DNA of 39,580 nucleotides from Candidatus Roizmanbacteria bacterium. GTDB taxonomy: Bacteria; Patescibacteriota; Microgenomatia; UBA1406. The position numbers and the translations under genes are program-made. The notes under the pieces are model-generated. The model saw only the letters and a program-made list of their open reading frames with translations. It was not told the origin of the DNA and did not search any database. Within the stretch, counting starts at the first letter, position 1. Every line of letters begins with the position of its first letter. The stretch is from NCBI GenBank assembly GCA_024654535.1, contig JANLHL010000038.1:1-39580 (forward strand). Reading direction: 5' to 3'. This document shows, in pieces, positions 18,042 through 28,288 of the stretch.

Positions 18042-18974
18042 ATGCCCACAACAAGCTCAAAAATACGTGTTGCAATTCTTACTGGAGGAGATAACGAAGA
18101 GAGAAGTATCGCACTCAAGTCAAGTCTCTACATAAAGGATTGTTTACACGGCCGCTACAATTATTCAATCTATGATTTTCCAAGAGATAGAGATTTATTC
18201 ATTCAAGAACACAGAAGTATAGATGTTGCCATCCCAGTTTTTCACGGAAAAGGTGGAGAAGATGGGACCGTGCAAGGTTTTTTGCAAACGCTCAAAATTC
18301 CATATGTTTTTTCAAACACAGAAGCTCACGCTGTTGGAATGAATAAAGAGCTTTGTAAGATTATTGCAATTTATAACGCTATTAAAACAGCACGATGGAT
18401 TCGCTGTTTGACAAGTGAATATCCTGCAAAACCACCTTTCTTACCCGCGGTAATAAAACCAATAGATAACGGCAGTTCGATCGGTGTCTCAATAGTACAT
18501 ACCATTGAGCAATACATCTCTGCAATGAAGTTTGCTAGTAAATTCACGTCGGAAATATTGATCGAACAGTATATAAAAGGAAGAGAATACACAATAGCTG
18601 TTACCGATGGTCGTAACAGGAAGACGCAGGCACTTCCTGTTATTTATATAGTACCCACTTCGGGTTTTTTTGATTACAACAATAAGTATAATGGGACAAC
18701 GAAGGAAATCTGTCCGGCTCCAATAGACAATAGTTTGGCAGAGAAACTTAAGTTAGTTGCAACAACAATGCACCGAGCTATTGGAGCTCGTCATATCAGT
18801 AGAACCGACTGTATAGTTGACGAAAAAGGAGCACTGTACTTTTTGGAGATAAATACTATTCCTGGACTTACCGCTCAATCGCTAACCCCTAAGACGATTG
18901 CTACTGCAAATATAAAATTCGCGTCACTACTTGATCAATGGATTAGCGAGGCAATAGAGGGTTCTGTTGCATGA
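18042..18974 (+). CDS. ddl: D-alanine--D-alanine ligase
   Basis: GG..EERSI, HGKGGEDG, GSSIG, FFDYNNKY, EINTIPGLT. Confidence 0.95.
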   Translation: MPTTSSKIRVAILTGGDNEERSIALKSSLYIKDCLHGRYNYSIYDFPRDRDLFIQEHRSIDVAIPVFHGKGGEDGTVQGFLQTLKIPYVFSNTEAHAVGMNKELCKIIAIYNAIKTARWIRCLTSEYPAKPPFLPAVIKPIDNGSSIGVSIVHTIEQYISAMKFASKFTSEILIEQYIKGREYTIAVTDGRNRKTQALPVIYIVPTSGFFDYNNKYNGTTKEICPAPIDNSLAEKLKLVATTMHRAIGARHISRTDCIVDEKGALYFLEINTIPGLTAQSLTPKTIATANIKFASLLDQWISEAIEGSVA

Positions 18975-19605
18975 TTTTTTCTAACCTTGCAAACCGCGTT
19001 TTGGGATCATGTGCAGTTGTGAGGTAGCTTCCTACTGCAATCATATCGGGTAAACACTGTTGCGACAAGACTGTAGGAAGTGTCTTACTATTAATCCCTC
19101 CGTCGAGAAGAATTTTTCCTTGGAATCCTTTCTTCTTTAGTTGTGCTATTTTTGGAAGGTTATCTGGTAGAAATGTGCCTCCTTGTTCTCCAGGTATTAT
19201 CGTCATAATTTGCACTGTATGAAATTTTTTTGCAAGCATGAAATCTATATTTTCACTTGGGTTATAAACGATGCATTGATAACTCTTAGGCTCTTCATCG
19301 ACTGGCCAGACGAGTTTATGTATGAGGATGAGGCCAATAGTAACTAGATCTCGGATAGCAATTATTTTCTTTTGCACGCTTTCCCAGTCTTGTACCATGA
19401 GGTGAAAATCAATCGTGTGATTTTGAAAGAGAGTTTTATTATTCTTGAGATATTTTACTATGTAATCTGTTGAGACAGTTGTATTGGGTACGAGTAGTCC
19501 ATCTGCAATATCTATTTGAATACGAGGGGACAGAGGCAGTAATATATTGCACTGCTCGCGGAATTGTTGTTCAGTGGTCGCAAGAACAGCCGGCACAATC
19601 ATCAT
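18943..19605 (-). CDS. rpe: Ribulose-phosphate 3-epimerase
   Basis: QIDIADG, DFHLMV, MTIIPGEQG, LDGGIN; coupled to rpiB. Confidence 0.85.
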   Translation of the reverse strand: MMIVPAVLATTEQQFREQCNILLPLSPRIQIDIADGLLVPNTTVSTDYIVKYLKNNKTLFQNHTIDFHLMVQDWESVQKKIIAIRDLVTIGLILIHKLVWPVDEEPKSYQCIVYNPSENIDFMLAKKFHTVQIMTIIPGEQGGTFLPDNLPKIAQLKKKGFQGKILLDGGINSKTLPTVLSQQCLPDMIAVGSYLTTAHDPKTRFARLEKIMQQNPLLPR

Positions 19606-20041
19606 GTGAATGTTCGTTTAACTTCTCAAGTCGACGTATGTATTTTCCCTCATTTTTGAATTGTGTCGTAAGGAATATATCGACCAGACTTTTGGATAGT
19701 TCAAACGATGCGAAATCTGAAGCAATAGCGAGCACATTTACATCCTCGTCTTGGCGCGCATCTTTTATTTGTGTTACATCAAACCCAAGGGCGCAACGAA
19801 TGTGTGAATATCTATTTGCAGAAATACTTACTCCTACGCCAGACCCGCAGATAACGATACCCCTATCGGTGACTTGCGTCATATTTTCTGAAAGAGAGAA
19901 CACAAAATCTGGATAATCATCGTGTATATCAAGCTCTTTGTTGCTCTCGTCTTTTACGTCGTATTTTTTAGAAACGAGATAGTGTACAAGATCATTTTTT
20001 AACGAAAACCCTCTGTGGTCTGCTGCAATATATATACGCAT
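19571..20041 (-). CDS. rpiB: Ribose-5-phosphate isomerase B
   Basis: IAADHRG, DDYPD, ICGSGVG. Start at MRIYIAA. Confidence 0.92.
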   Translation of the reverse strand: MRIYIAADHRGFSLKNDLVHYLVSKKYDVKDESNKELDIHDDYPDFVFSLSENMTQVTDRGIVICGSGVGVSISANRYSHIRCALGFDVTQIKDARQDEDVNVLAIASDFASFELSKSLVDIFLTTQFKNEGKYIRRLEKLNEHSHDDCAGCSCDH

Positions 20042-20075
20042 TTCTATACAAGAGTATATCGTATATACTTGTGAG

Positions 20076-20639
20076 ATGTCTGCGAACATGAAAAAAGAAC
20101 TCGAAAAAGCGATCACAGATTTATATGCCATGCCGCACGTGAAGAAAGAAACACTTGAGGAATTTTCAAAACGAATAGAACATGGCGCTCCATTTACGAA
20201 AGAAGAATATACCTCTACACATTTTTGCTCATTTTTTTTACCATATAACGCGCTCACACATTCTGTCTATGTCGTTCATCATAAAAAAGCTAATGATTGG
20301 ATACCCCCAGGTGGTCATTTAGATCCAGGAGAATCACCTCTACAGACGGTAGTGCGTGAATGTAAAGAAGAACTTAGTGTTACTCTTGAAAAAGAGCCTA
20401 TTCGGTTAATTAACGCTTCAATCACTGACATAACTCAACCTCAAGGATTTTGCACAAAGCATTACGACTTTTGGTATGCGGTCGCAACAGAAAAATTAGA
20501 TTTTTCATACGATAAGGGAGAATTTTACGATGCGGGGTGGTACGAGTTAAATTATGTTTGGCGAAACAAAACGAAGCGAGCCAACATAAAGAGTACTCTT
20601 CAACAATTGTCGATCATCCTGCCTAATGAGTTTAAATGA
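20076..20639 (+). CDS. NUDIX hydrolase
   Basis: WIPPGGHLDPGESPLQTVVRECKEEL. Confidence 0.88.
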   Translation: MSANMKKELEKAITDLYAMPHVKKETLEEFSKRIEHGAPFTKEEYTSTHFCSFFLPYNALTHSVYVVHHKKANDWIPPGGHLDPGESPLQTVVRECKEELSVTLEKEPIRLINASITDITQPQGFCTKHYDFWYAVATEKLDFSYDKGEFYDAGWYELNYVWRNKTKRANIKSTLQQLSIILPNEFK

Positions 20640-20657
20640 GCGTGGTACAATATATGT

Positions 20658-22301
20658 ATGAGTAAGAAGATTTTGGTTGCTGTTGCGTGGCCATATGTGA
20701 ATGGTGACTTACATATAGGGCATTTGGCAGGCTACTTGCTTCCAGCTGATATTTTTGCTCGTTTCCAAAGATTGAAAGGCAATGAAGTACTCATGGTATC
20801 TGGTTCAGACTGTTATGGCACCCCTATTACCGTAGAAGCAGAGAAGCGTACTATCACTCCTCAAGAAGTGGTAGATCTGTATCATCCACACCATCTGAAA
20901 TTGTTTGAACAATATGGGATATCATTCGATTTGTTTACAAAGACAGCCACTGAAAATCATAATTCTATTGTCCAAGATATGCTCGTTGCAATGGCAAAAA
21001 ATGGCTTTATCTATAAAGACACGACTCAACAATACTATGGAGAAAAAGAGCACAAGTTTTTACCAGATCGTTATGTCGAGGGTATCTGTCCTTACTGTGA
21101 ATACGAGGGTGCTCGTGGTGATCAGTGCGATAGCTGTGGTAGAGTCCTTGAATCTGGACAATTGAAAAGTCCAAAAAGTAAATTAAGTGGGTCAGCGGTT
21201 GTATTGAAAAATACAGATCATTTATTTGTGGATTGGCCAAAATTAGAACAGTTCTTAAAGGAATATACAACAAAAACGGGTAAAAACTGGAAGAACTGGA
21301 TCAATCGCGAAACACAGGGGTGGTTAACAAAAGGCTTGAAGCCAAGGGCTATAACGAGAGATATACAGTGGGGAGTTCCAATTCCGAATGATCGTTTGCC
21401 AAAAGAAATACAGTTAGACGAATCTGAATCGAAACGAATCTACGTGTGGTTTGATGCAGTAGTTGGCTATTTGTCTGCTTCGATAGAATGGGCTAATGGT
21501 TCTGAAAAGTGGAAGAAGTATTGGTATCCAGATAAATCTGACAGCGTTTCTCATTATTATTTTATGGGCAAAGATAACTTAGTATTCCACGCATTGTTTT
21601 GGCCAGGTCAACTACACGGTTTTGATAAAAGTATCCATTTACCAGACGTAGTATCTATAAATCAATTTCTTAATCTTGGCGGGGAAAAATTTTCTAAGAG
21701 CAGAAATGTGGTTATTGACTCTGCAGAAATAGGCAAGAAATATGGCGTAGACTCAGTGCGGTTTTATCTTGCGTATATTATGCCTGAGCATGCAGATTCA
21801 AGCTTTTCGTGGGAAGACTATTTCCGTTTTCACAATACAGTACTTATTGGCACGTTCGCGAACTTTATAAACAGAGTACTTACATTGGCGAAAGGCGTAA
21901 CTATTGGAACAGCAGACGAAGAAACAGCTCGTTCTATAGACGTATTTTTGTCGTCAGCGGCTTTGCATATAGAGAAATGTGAATTTAAACTATACGCACA
22001 GCGCATCATCGAATTTTCTCAAGAGGGCAATAAATATATAGATACTACCTCTCCGTGGAAATTAGAAAAGACAAGTGCGCAATATGCACAGGTAGTTACA
22101 AACGGTATAGCCAAAGTTGTTGCCATTACCATAGCTATATCACCTATTATTCCTCACGCAGCCAATACCGTGGCGCATATGTTAGGAATCTCAATTCGCC
22201 AATGGGGCATCGATACCGACTCATTAATCAGCAGTTTATTAAAACAGGTTGATCTGCAGGATATTGCACCACTTTTTTCAAAAATAGAGAAAAAAACATG
22301 A
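20658..22301 (+). CDS. metG: Methionine--tRNA ligase
   Basis: WPYVNGDLHIGH, CPYC/CDSC knuckle, YVWFDA, KFSKS. Confidence 0.97.
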   Translation: MSKKILVAVAWPYVNGDLHIGHLAGYLLPADIFARFQRLKGNEVLMVSGSDCYGTPITVEAEKRTITPQEVVDLYHPHHLKLFEQYGISFDLFTKTATENHNSIVQDMLVAMAKNGFIYKDTTQQYYGEKEHKFLPDRYVEGICPYCEYEGARGDQCDSCGRVLESGQLKSPKSKLSGSAVVLKNTDHLFVDWPKLEQFLKEYTTKTGKNWKNWINRETQGWLTKGLKPRAITRDIQWGVPIPNDRLPKEIQLDESESKRIYVWFDAVVGYLSASIEWANGSEKWKKYWYPDKSDSVSHYYFMGKDNLVFHALFWPGQLHGFDKSIHLPDVVSINQFLNLGGEKFSKSRNVVIDSAEIGKKYGVDSVRFYLAYIMPEHADSSFSWEDYFRFHNTVLIGTFANFINRVLTLAKGVTIGTADEETARSIDVFLSSAALHIEKCEFKLYAQRIIEFSQEGNKYIDTTSPWKLEKTSAQYAQVVTNGIAKVVAITIAISPIIPHAANTVAHMLGISIRQWGIDTDSLISSLLKQVDLQDIAPLFSKIEKKT

Positions 22302-22319
22302 AACGGAAAAAAGTTTTGA

Positions 22320-23309
22320 TTAGAATTCTTTTATACTCTTATACACTGCCGTCGACACCTCTTGTATGGTTTTTTTTAGTGACGGAAAATCAGACCCTTG
22401 AGTCATAATGCAAATTAAGTAAGGCTTGTTTGGGTAATAGACTATGCCACAGTCGTGAAGTTGGGTTACGACATTTCCATACATATCTGTATATCTTCTC
22501 TCGCCAAACTTGTGTGCGATGGGTACCGATTTGGGGATTCCAGCAACTAGCCCGGATTTAAAATCGGTTTTGCTTAATAAAGTCAGTGCCTTTTCCGATG
22601 AGTCTTTATCAATATATGATGCATTGTAGAGTACCCGGAAGAACGATGCATATTCTTGCACGGTCATGAAATTTGTACCATCTGGATTAGAAGCTATTTC
22701 AACCCCTATTTCTTTGAGCATGTTTGTATACTTGACGTCATCAAGATGTTCTAAGAGCGTGTTTTTTGCATTGTTGTCTGAGTAAAGAATCATATAATCA
22801 AGTAATTGTTTTACGGTGAGCACTTCGTTATTTTTAACTGCAAAAGTAGGTTTAAAATTTGGACTTACTCCTTCGTCAGCGACTTTTACGGCATATACTG
22901 TATTGAGTATTGAAGGATTAGTTTCTGCTTTTTTGAGATAGTACATTAGAATTGGCACTTTTAGCATGCTTGCTGGTGCAAAATCCACATCTTTATTTAT
23001 TCCAAACCACGGACCATTATTCATATCTCTAAAATAGACACCAACACGTATTACTCCAGATGTTTTTATTTGTTTGTCTATCACTTTTTGAACATTGTTT
23101 TTCACGCTGAGCACTGACAGCAACGATGAAGCGTTTTCTGGTTCGCATTCGAGCAGAGGGCTTGTAAATGCTCTACCTTTGAGTCGTGTTTCTGATAGAT
23201 TTATAGTTGGTATTTTTTTTTGATAAGATATACCCAATCCTATTAAGAAACCTACCAACAGGAATACAAAATAAATGCCATACGTTCGATAGTCTTTTGT
23301 TACATGCAT
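22320..23309 (-). CDS. Membrane-anchored class A beta-lactamase-like serine hydrolase
   Basis: N-terminal TM, SMLK (SxxK), SDN, HKFG. Confidence 0.82.
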   Translation of the reverse strand: MHVTKDYRTYGIYFVFLLVGFLIGLGISYQKKIPTINLSETRLKGRAFTSPLLECEPENASSLLSVLSVKNNVQKVIDKQIKTSGVIRVGVYFRDMNNGPWFGINKDVDFAPASMLKVPILMYYLKKAETNPSILNTVYAVKVADEGVSPNFKPTFAVKNNEVLTVKQLLDYMILYSDNNAKNTLLEHLDDVKYTNMLKEIGVEIASNPDGTNFMTVQEYASFFRVLYNASYIDKDSSEKALTLLSKTDFKSGLVAGIPKSVPIAHKFGERRYTDMYGNVVTQLHDCGIVYYPNKPYLICIMTQGSDFPSLKKTIQEVSTAVYKSIKEF

Positions 23310-23380
23310 ATAGTGTATGATTGTATATATATTTCCATCATAGTCAATCTACAAATAGACTAGTATGGTAAGCTGAACAT

Positions 23381-23836
23381 GTGAATAGGTATACACAACT
23401 ATTTTATCCGCCCACAGTCTTTAGTAATATGACGTTTGATTGTATGTTCGAATACATACGAAAAACAGTGTCAAGTTGTGTGAAGGAAGAGACACAGCAT
23501 AAAATTGGGATGGCATCAGGTAGTATAAATTCCGACGGAGCAGTCTATAAGCAAAGAAATATAAGAAGGCTTATGGTGTATTCACAAACAGTACAACAGA
23601 GAGTACTTTTCCCTGTATTTTGTGCGTCAAATTTTTTTGACGATGCAGTTTATTCTTGTTTTAAGCAGCAAGGAGCAGTGTATGAAGACTTTATGTTTTT
23701 CTGGCGCAGAATATTAAAATCAAGACTTGTCACAGATATTTTTATGATGGAAGGATGGGAGAGGTCCAGAGGCGCACAAGATGAATATAATACGGCAAAA
23801 AAGTGTAACATTATGATCCACATTGAATCGGCTTGA
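23381..23836 (+). CDS. DUF4406/nucleoside deoxyribosyltransferase-like protein
   Basis: C-terminal MMEGWERSRGAQDEY..A motif. Confidence 0.6.
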   Translation: MNRYTQLFYPPTVFSNMTFDCMFEYIRKTVSSCVKEETQHKIGMASGSINSDGAVYKQRNIRRLMVYSQTVQQRVLFPVFCASNFFDDAVYSCFKQQGAVYEDFMFFWRRILKSRLVTDIFMMEGWERSRGAQDEYNTAKKCNIMIHIESA

Positions 23837-23860
23837 CATTTTTTTATTTTTCTCCATACT
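23833..23860 (+). promoter_or_regulatory. Sigma70 promoter for a probably leaderless gene
   Basis: TTGACA-16 nt-CATACT, 6 nt before ATG 23867. Confidence 0.7.
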
Positions 23861-23866
23861 TATACT

Positions 23867-24205
23867 ATGGCAAAGAAAAAACTTGTTTCAAGAAAGTCGA
23901 GAGTGGTTCACGGTAAGGGAAGTGATAGTGTTTTGTTTAGCGTAACTCCTGTTTCAAAGGGAATTGCCTTTGCCCTTTTTATAGTTTTTCCGCTTATTGC
24001 TTTTGCGCTTGGAGCACAATACTTCCAAAAAATGAGCGTTGTAGAGAGAGAGCAAATAATGGAACAACCTCAGTATGTATGTCCAGCCGTTCAAAAAGTT
24101 GACTGTGCTGTTCCAGTAGCCGAAGAGAACAAAGAAATGTGCAATCCACAATTTCTGACATGGGCAAAAGCCAATTGTCCAGCTTTTGAAGGCGCTTCGT
24201 ACTAA
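23867..24205 (+). CDS. Single-TM protein with a Cys-rich external domain
   Basis: Basic N-terminus, TM helix, four Cys at the C-terminus. Confidence 0.75.
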   Translation: MAKKKLVSRKSRVVHGKGSDSVLFSVTPVSKGIAFALFIVFPLIAFALGAQYFQKMSVVEREQIMEQPQYVCPAVQKVDCAVPVAEENKEMCNPQFLTWAKANCPAFEGASY

Positions 24206-24210
24206 TATTA

Positions 24211-24711
24211 ATGCTCACTTGTTTATTTGAAGACGGTGGGAAAGGATTTCTTCGTCATTGTACGGTCGGTAGCATTCTTTTAAACCAAGATAAAGATGCT
24301 ATACTTTTAGTGAGGAGAGCAAAAGAGCTTTCAGAAGGCGGCAAACTTGCTTTTCCAGGTGGCTATATGGAAAGAAATGAGACGCTCGTACAAACGGCAC
24401 TGAGGGAAGCTCAAGAAGAGACTGGATTTAACGTTGAAATACATAACCTGTTTCGTATTAATGATAACCCCAATCGTCCACGTGAAGACCGGCAGAATGT
24501 CGACTTTATTTTTATTGGACAGATACTAAACAAAGAATCAAACCCAGATGATGAAGTGAGCGAGCTCGTATGGCACAAGCTAAATAGTGAGCTTAATAGC
24601 GACGAGATTGCCTTTGATCACGCAGAAACCATTAGTCTTTATAAAGACTATATTAAAGAACCATTCGTGTTGCCGGTAATAGCGGGCGGCGTCTTTACGA
24701 AAGATAGCTAA
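24211..24711 (+). CDS. NUDIX hydrolase
   Basis: FPGGYMERNETLVQTALREAQEETG, IAFDH. Confidence 0.9.
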   Translation: MLTCLFEDGGKGFLRHCTVGSILLNQDKDAILLVRRAKELSEGGKLAFPGGYMERNETLVQTALREAQEETGFNVEIHNLFRINDNPNRPREDRQNVDFIFIGQILNKESNPDDEVSELVWHKLNSELNSDEIAFDHAETISLYKDYIKEPFVLPVIAGGVFTKDS

Positions 24712-24713
24712 TC

Positions 24714-25832
24714 CTATTTTTTAAGTCTTTTAGGTATCAAGAACAGGAATAGCAGAAAAATAGGGATTAGTAGTAGTATATATTTATTCTTTTTTGTTTG
24801 ATTTGATAAGTTAGAGTTATTATTTTGGAGAATATTTTTTAAGAAACCTTCTTTTTTTTGAGGTGTTTTTGATACTGATTCTCCCAAGACTGAGCCTGTA
24901 GGCGTAGGTTGTGAGTTATCATATTTTGGTGATTGGTCAGAAACTGTTGATACATTGTCTACGGAATCCGTTTGTTCGCTTGTACTCAATGTTTTAGTAA
25001 TCTGATCTGTACTTATCGAACTTTGAGGTGTTGGCACGTTGATAGATACTTCATTTGAATATGAGGATACTGAACATCCGTTACCCGCTTGAATTGCAAA
25101 GTAGTACTGTTTATCCTTATCAAGCCCACTCAAGGCATACGAGGTGGTGTCGTGTCCTCCTGCGTTAGTGTTGAACGCTGTATAGGAGCCAGTAGTTGAT
25201 CCATACGCTATGGAATAGTAACTCACTGGGTCTTGTGCAGGTTGCCAATTGAGAGTAAATCCATATGCGTCCTGCATTACCGAAACTAATTCTGGAGCCT
25301 TCTGTGGCGCTATATCTTCACAAAGTGTACTCATTTGAGATCCTTCTGAGGTTTCTAGATAAATATCGAGTCCAAAAGAAGTTGATGAGTTTTGGCATTC
25401 GTCCGGGCTCTCTTGATTGAAGGAGATTATAAATGAATATTCTTGTGTATTTTTTGCAGAAATCAAGGACAGAGGTACTGCATTGACATTTGAGTAAAAG
25501 TCGCGCAAGCTACCACCCCACAGAACAGTTTTACTTGATGAGTTAAACACAGAGAGAATCATCTGTTTTTCAAGTTGACAGCTCGATGTGTCGAGCTCCT
25601 GTTCTATTGGTTTAATTTTTACAAAGATACTATCTTTACTATTGGTATTTTTTACTTCAAGTGTCTTTTTCACCCACATACCCGGATACCAGTTCTTCGT
25701 TGATCCAAAAAGTCCTAGCTTTTCATTGGAGCAGGCATTACTATTACAGTTTATTGATATATCTGATGCATAAACGGAAGTGGTCATAAATAAAAAAACT
25801 AGAACAAACAAAACATATTTTATACGCATCAT
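24714..25832 (-). CDS. Secreted, C-terminally anchored surface protein with an Fn3 domain
   Basis: Signal peptide (VYA-S), Fn3 pattern LNWQ...Y.I.YG...L.GL....YYFAI.A.N, S/T linker, TM and basic tail. Confidence 0.8.
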   Translation of the reverse strand: MMRIKYVLFVLVFLFMTTSVYASDISINCNSNACSNEKLGLFGSTKNWYPGMWVKKTLEVKNTNSKDSIFVKIKPIEQELDTSSCQLEKQMILSVFNSSSKTVLWGGSLRDFYSNVNAVPLSLISAKNTQEYSFIISFNQESPDECQNSSTSFGLDIYLETSEGSQMSTLCEDIAPQKAPELVSVMQDAYGFTLNWQPAQDPVSYYSIAYGSTTGSYTAFNTNAGGHDTTSYALSGLDKDKQYYFAIQAGNGCSVSSYSNEVSINVPTPQSSISTDQITKTLSTSEQTDSVDNVSTVSDQSPKYDNSQPTPTGSVLGESVSKTPQKKEGFLKNILQNNNSNLSNQTKKNKYILLLIPIFLLFLFLIPKRLKK

Positions 25833-25859
25833 CGGAACATATTTTACTATAATTGATGC

Positions 25860-26624
25860 ATGCAGTTGAGTATAGGAATTGTACAGACTTTCATCTCCGA
25901 AAATATTTCAGAAAATGTGGCTAGTGTCTGTAAATTCATTGTACAGAGCAATAAAACACAAGTTCTGCTTTTCCCGGAAGGCATGATCTCTGGGTACTAT
26001 CCGAAAAACCCAAACTATTTAAAGAATTTGAATAAAGACGTACTAGACGAAGCAATCCAAAAAATTGGCAGCGTAATTCAAGAAAAACATGTTAACGCGA
26101 TTATTCCTACGGCTTTATCTGAAGATGGGAAATGGTTTAATGTTTCTTTGTGGTTTGATACAAACGGAAGAGTAAAACATGTATATAAAAAATGCAATCT
26201 TTCAAATTTGGACCGCAACTATTTTTTACCCGGAAATAAACTAGAAACGTATGTAGTAGAGGGAGTAAGCACTGCGATACAAATGTGTCGGGAAATAAAA
26301 TATCCAGAACAGTGGTTGTATTTAAAATTACAGGGCGCTCGCGTTATTTTTCACCTGAACAATAACCAAGATGGAGATTCATATTGGGAAAATTTGTATA
26401 AAGCGAGGGCGTATGAAAATCAGTACTTTATTGTGAGTGTCAACCCTTCTCATGCGGGACAAAAATTGTTTAGCTATATCGTATCGCCACAGGGCAAAAT
26501 AGTTCTTCAAACCGAAAATACCCAAAAAATATACTATGCGACGCTGGACCTTGACAGTGTGAAGAACGATTCCATCGATCAGCGAAGAAAAACCGTCGTA
26601 GACCTTGTGTATACAGGAATTTAA
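25860..26624 (+). CDS. Carbon-nitrogen hydrolase (nitrilase family)
   Basis: Glu-Lys-Cys triad contexts FPEG, YKKCNL, QMCRE..YPE; RAYENQ. Confidence 0.9.
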   Translation: MQLSIGIVQTFISENISENVASVCKFIVQSNKTQVLLFPEGMISGYYPKNPNYLKNLNKDVLDEAIQKIGSVIQEKHVNAIIPTALSEDGKWFNVSLWFDTNGRVKHVYKKCNLSNLDRNYFLPGNKLETYVVEGVSTAIQMCREIKYPEQWLYLKLQGARVIFHLNNNQDGDSYWENLYKARAYENQYFIVSVNPSHAGQKLFSYIVSPQGKIVLQTENTQKIYYATLDLDSVKNDSIDQRRKTVVDLVYTGI

Positions 26625-26647
26625 ATATAATATCGCTCGTAGAAACA

Positions 26648-27556
26648 TCAAGCGAGTTCCAATATGGAGGCATTTGGATCCTCTGGCAATATTGTTGCAG
26701 TAATTTTATCTTTCAAGAATCCAATAGCTCTTTCAAGTGTTGAGCGCACATGATGCATGACTTCCTCGTCTCTACGTGCTGGGTACTGAGTTGTTTCAAA
26801 ATTGACATTTATTAATGTCTGATGTACATAACCAAGTTCAAGTATGTCGAGCTTTAATGAAGTAGGGAATAAATCAGGGTGTTCATCTACAAGTTGCAGA
26901 TATGTTACCATGCTTTCTGTTGCCACATCATCGATAGCACCAAAAGTTGCGTTTTTAATGAGCCCATCGAGTAAATATCTTGCCTGTTGTATAGGAGGAA
27001 GGGTTGCTATATAAGTCCTTTGCCGTTCAAACTCTTCTGAATTATCTGCGGAGACTTGTGGTTTTAATCCTGTATAAATGTGTACCTCTGGGATATGGGA
27101 CATGAAACGAAGGTGTGCTAATAAGCTAGCATTTCCGATTGAGTCCTTTGCAGTGGATAATGGAGAAAACTCATCATCTGCACTTAGGGGATCTACTAAA
27201 TGACCAATACAGTTATTTATATGTTGAATGGCTGCAAAACTGGACAAATCAAGCTGCACTAAGAGCTGGGGTTCGTGAATTTCCGCAATTTTTTCACCGA
27301 GAATAGCCATAGCAGCGAATACATCTGCCACCGTCTCTAAAGGGGTAAGTAAAGTGGGGTCTGGTCCAAAAGAAGTTGTTCCATCAAGCCAACCGTTATT
27401 TGCTGTGTGCCATGCATGGTTCATCATGTCTACAGCTATATCCGCTCCTGAAGAAGGGGAATGTGTTCGCGTCATTCTCTTTTCATATGTGCGTACAAGG
27501 TTTTCCACTGCCGTTTCGTTTGACTTGAGATTCTCTTCTAATTCTAAATGTGGCAT
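26648..27556 (-). CDS. Hypothetical protein
   Basis: 302-aa ORF with a -10-like element just upstream; no recognised motif. Confidence 0.65.
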   Translation of the reverse strand: MPHLELEENLKSNETAVENLVRTYEKRMTRTHSPSSGADIAVDMMNHAWHTANNGWLDGTTSFGPDPTLLTPLETVADVFAAMAILGEKIAEIHEPQLLVQLDLSSFAAIQHINNCIGHLVDPLSADDEFSPLSTAKDSIGNASLLAHLRFMSHIPEVHIYTGLKPQVSADNSEEFERQRTYIATLPPIQQARYLLDGLIKNATFGAIDDVATESMVTYLQLVDEHPDLFPTSLKLDILELGYVHQTLINVNFETTQYPARRDEEVMHHVRSTLERAIGFLKDKITATILPEDPNASILELA

Positions 27557-27748
27557 AAGACTTATAGTATATCATAAAGTATAACAAACGATATATTATG
27601 CCAATCTCTTGTTCCTGAACGCAAAGCCAGAAGAGGTTTTGAGATATTTTTCAAGCGCAAAATGTACACGTAATGCATAAAGGGAAAGGTAGAAGATTAA
27701 GTATAGAAAACAACGGAATATATTCGATACTTGTTCATAGATTGAGCC

Positions 27749-27865
27749 CCACTTCGCTCTATCGAGCTTCGTTAGGGACACCACTTCTAGAATATTTTTC
27801 TAGTCTAGAAAAATAAAAGGTGCTGTGCACCTAACGTAGTCCCGATATTAATCGGGACGAAGTGG
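27749..27865. repeat. Nested palindromes at the tmRNA 3' end
   Basis: GTCCCGAT-ATTA-ATCGGGAC, CGTTAGG/CCTAACG and CCACTTCG/CGAAGTGG pairs. Confidence 0.6.
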
Positions 27866-28244
27866 TGGAGATGCCCGGAGTTGAACCGGGGTGCATAAAA
27901 GAAAAGCGAACAGACTTTTATTGAGCAAGTTTCAGTTTCGATTACTCAAAACAGGTGAAATCATTTTATCTTGGTGCTTGCACGATAGATTTCTTCTCTT
28001 GCAAGTCCGAAAGCCGAAGGTTTTCGCCACAGCTTGTGTATCGGCGTAAACAGTGTGACGTCTTAGCAAGCTAAGAAAGACAACTTCGTTTACGCTGTTG
28101 CGTAAGCGAATTGCATACCAGAGAAGTATTCTCTAGCTGCTGCTGCCTCTTCTGCTTCATTATTTGCAGTTGTTGTACTATTTAACGCAATAGATTCGAC
28201 TTGCAGTCCGAACGTATTCTTCCATGTCGATGCCCGACATCCCC
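27863..28244 (-). ncRNA. ssrA: tmRNA
   Basis: 5' GGGGATG...TCGAC, 3' T-arm CCCGG-TTCAACT-CCGGG then CATCTCCACCA. Tag frame 28167-28090; directly downstream of smpB. Confidence 0.95.
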
Positions 28245-28288
28245 AATAATGTATGAAACTCCAATATCCAATGTCAAATATCCAACAC

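Noticed and set aside
18002-18118. N-terminal extensions in the ORF track for folC (also rpiB, smpB, glmS, 29533-30888, 36388-36906, 37306-37830)
   Set aside because: They overlap neighbouring genes or precede the conserved family N-terminus; GlmS needs Cys at position 2.
22320-23309. Bona fide antibiotic-resistance beta-lactamase
   Set aside because: KTG is KFG, no clear omega-loop Glu166 motif, and it is membrane anchored; more likely a cell-wall serine hydrolase.
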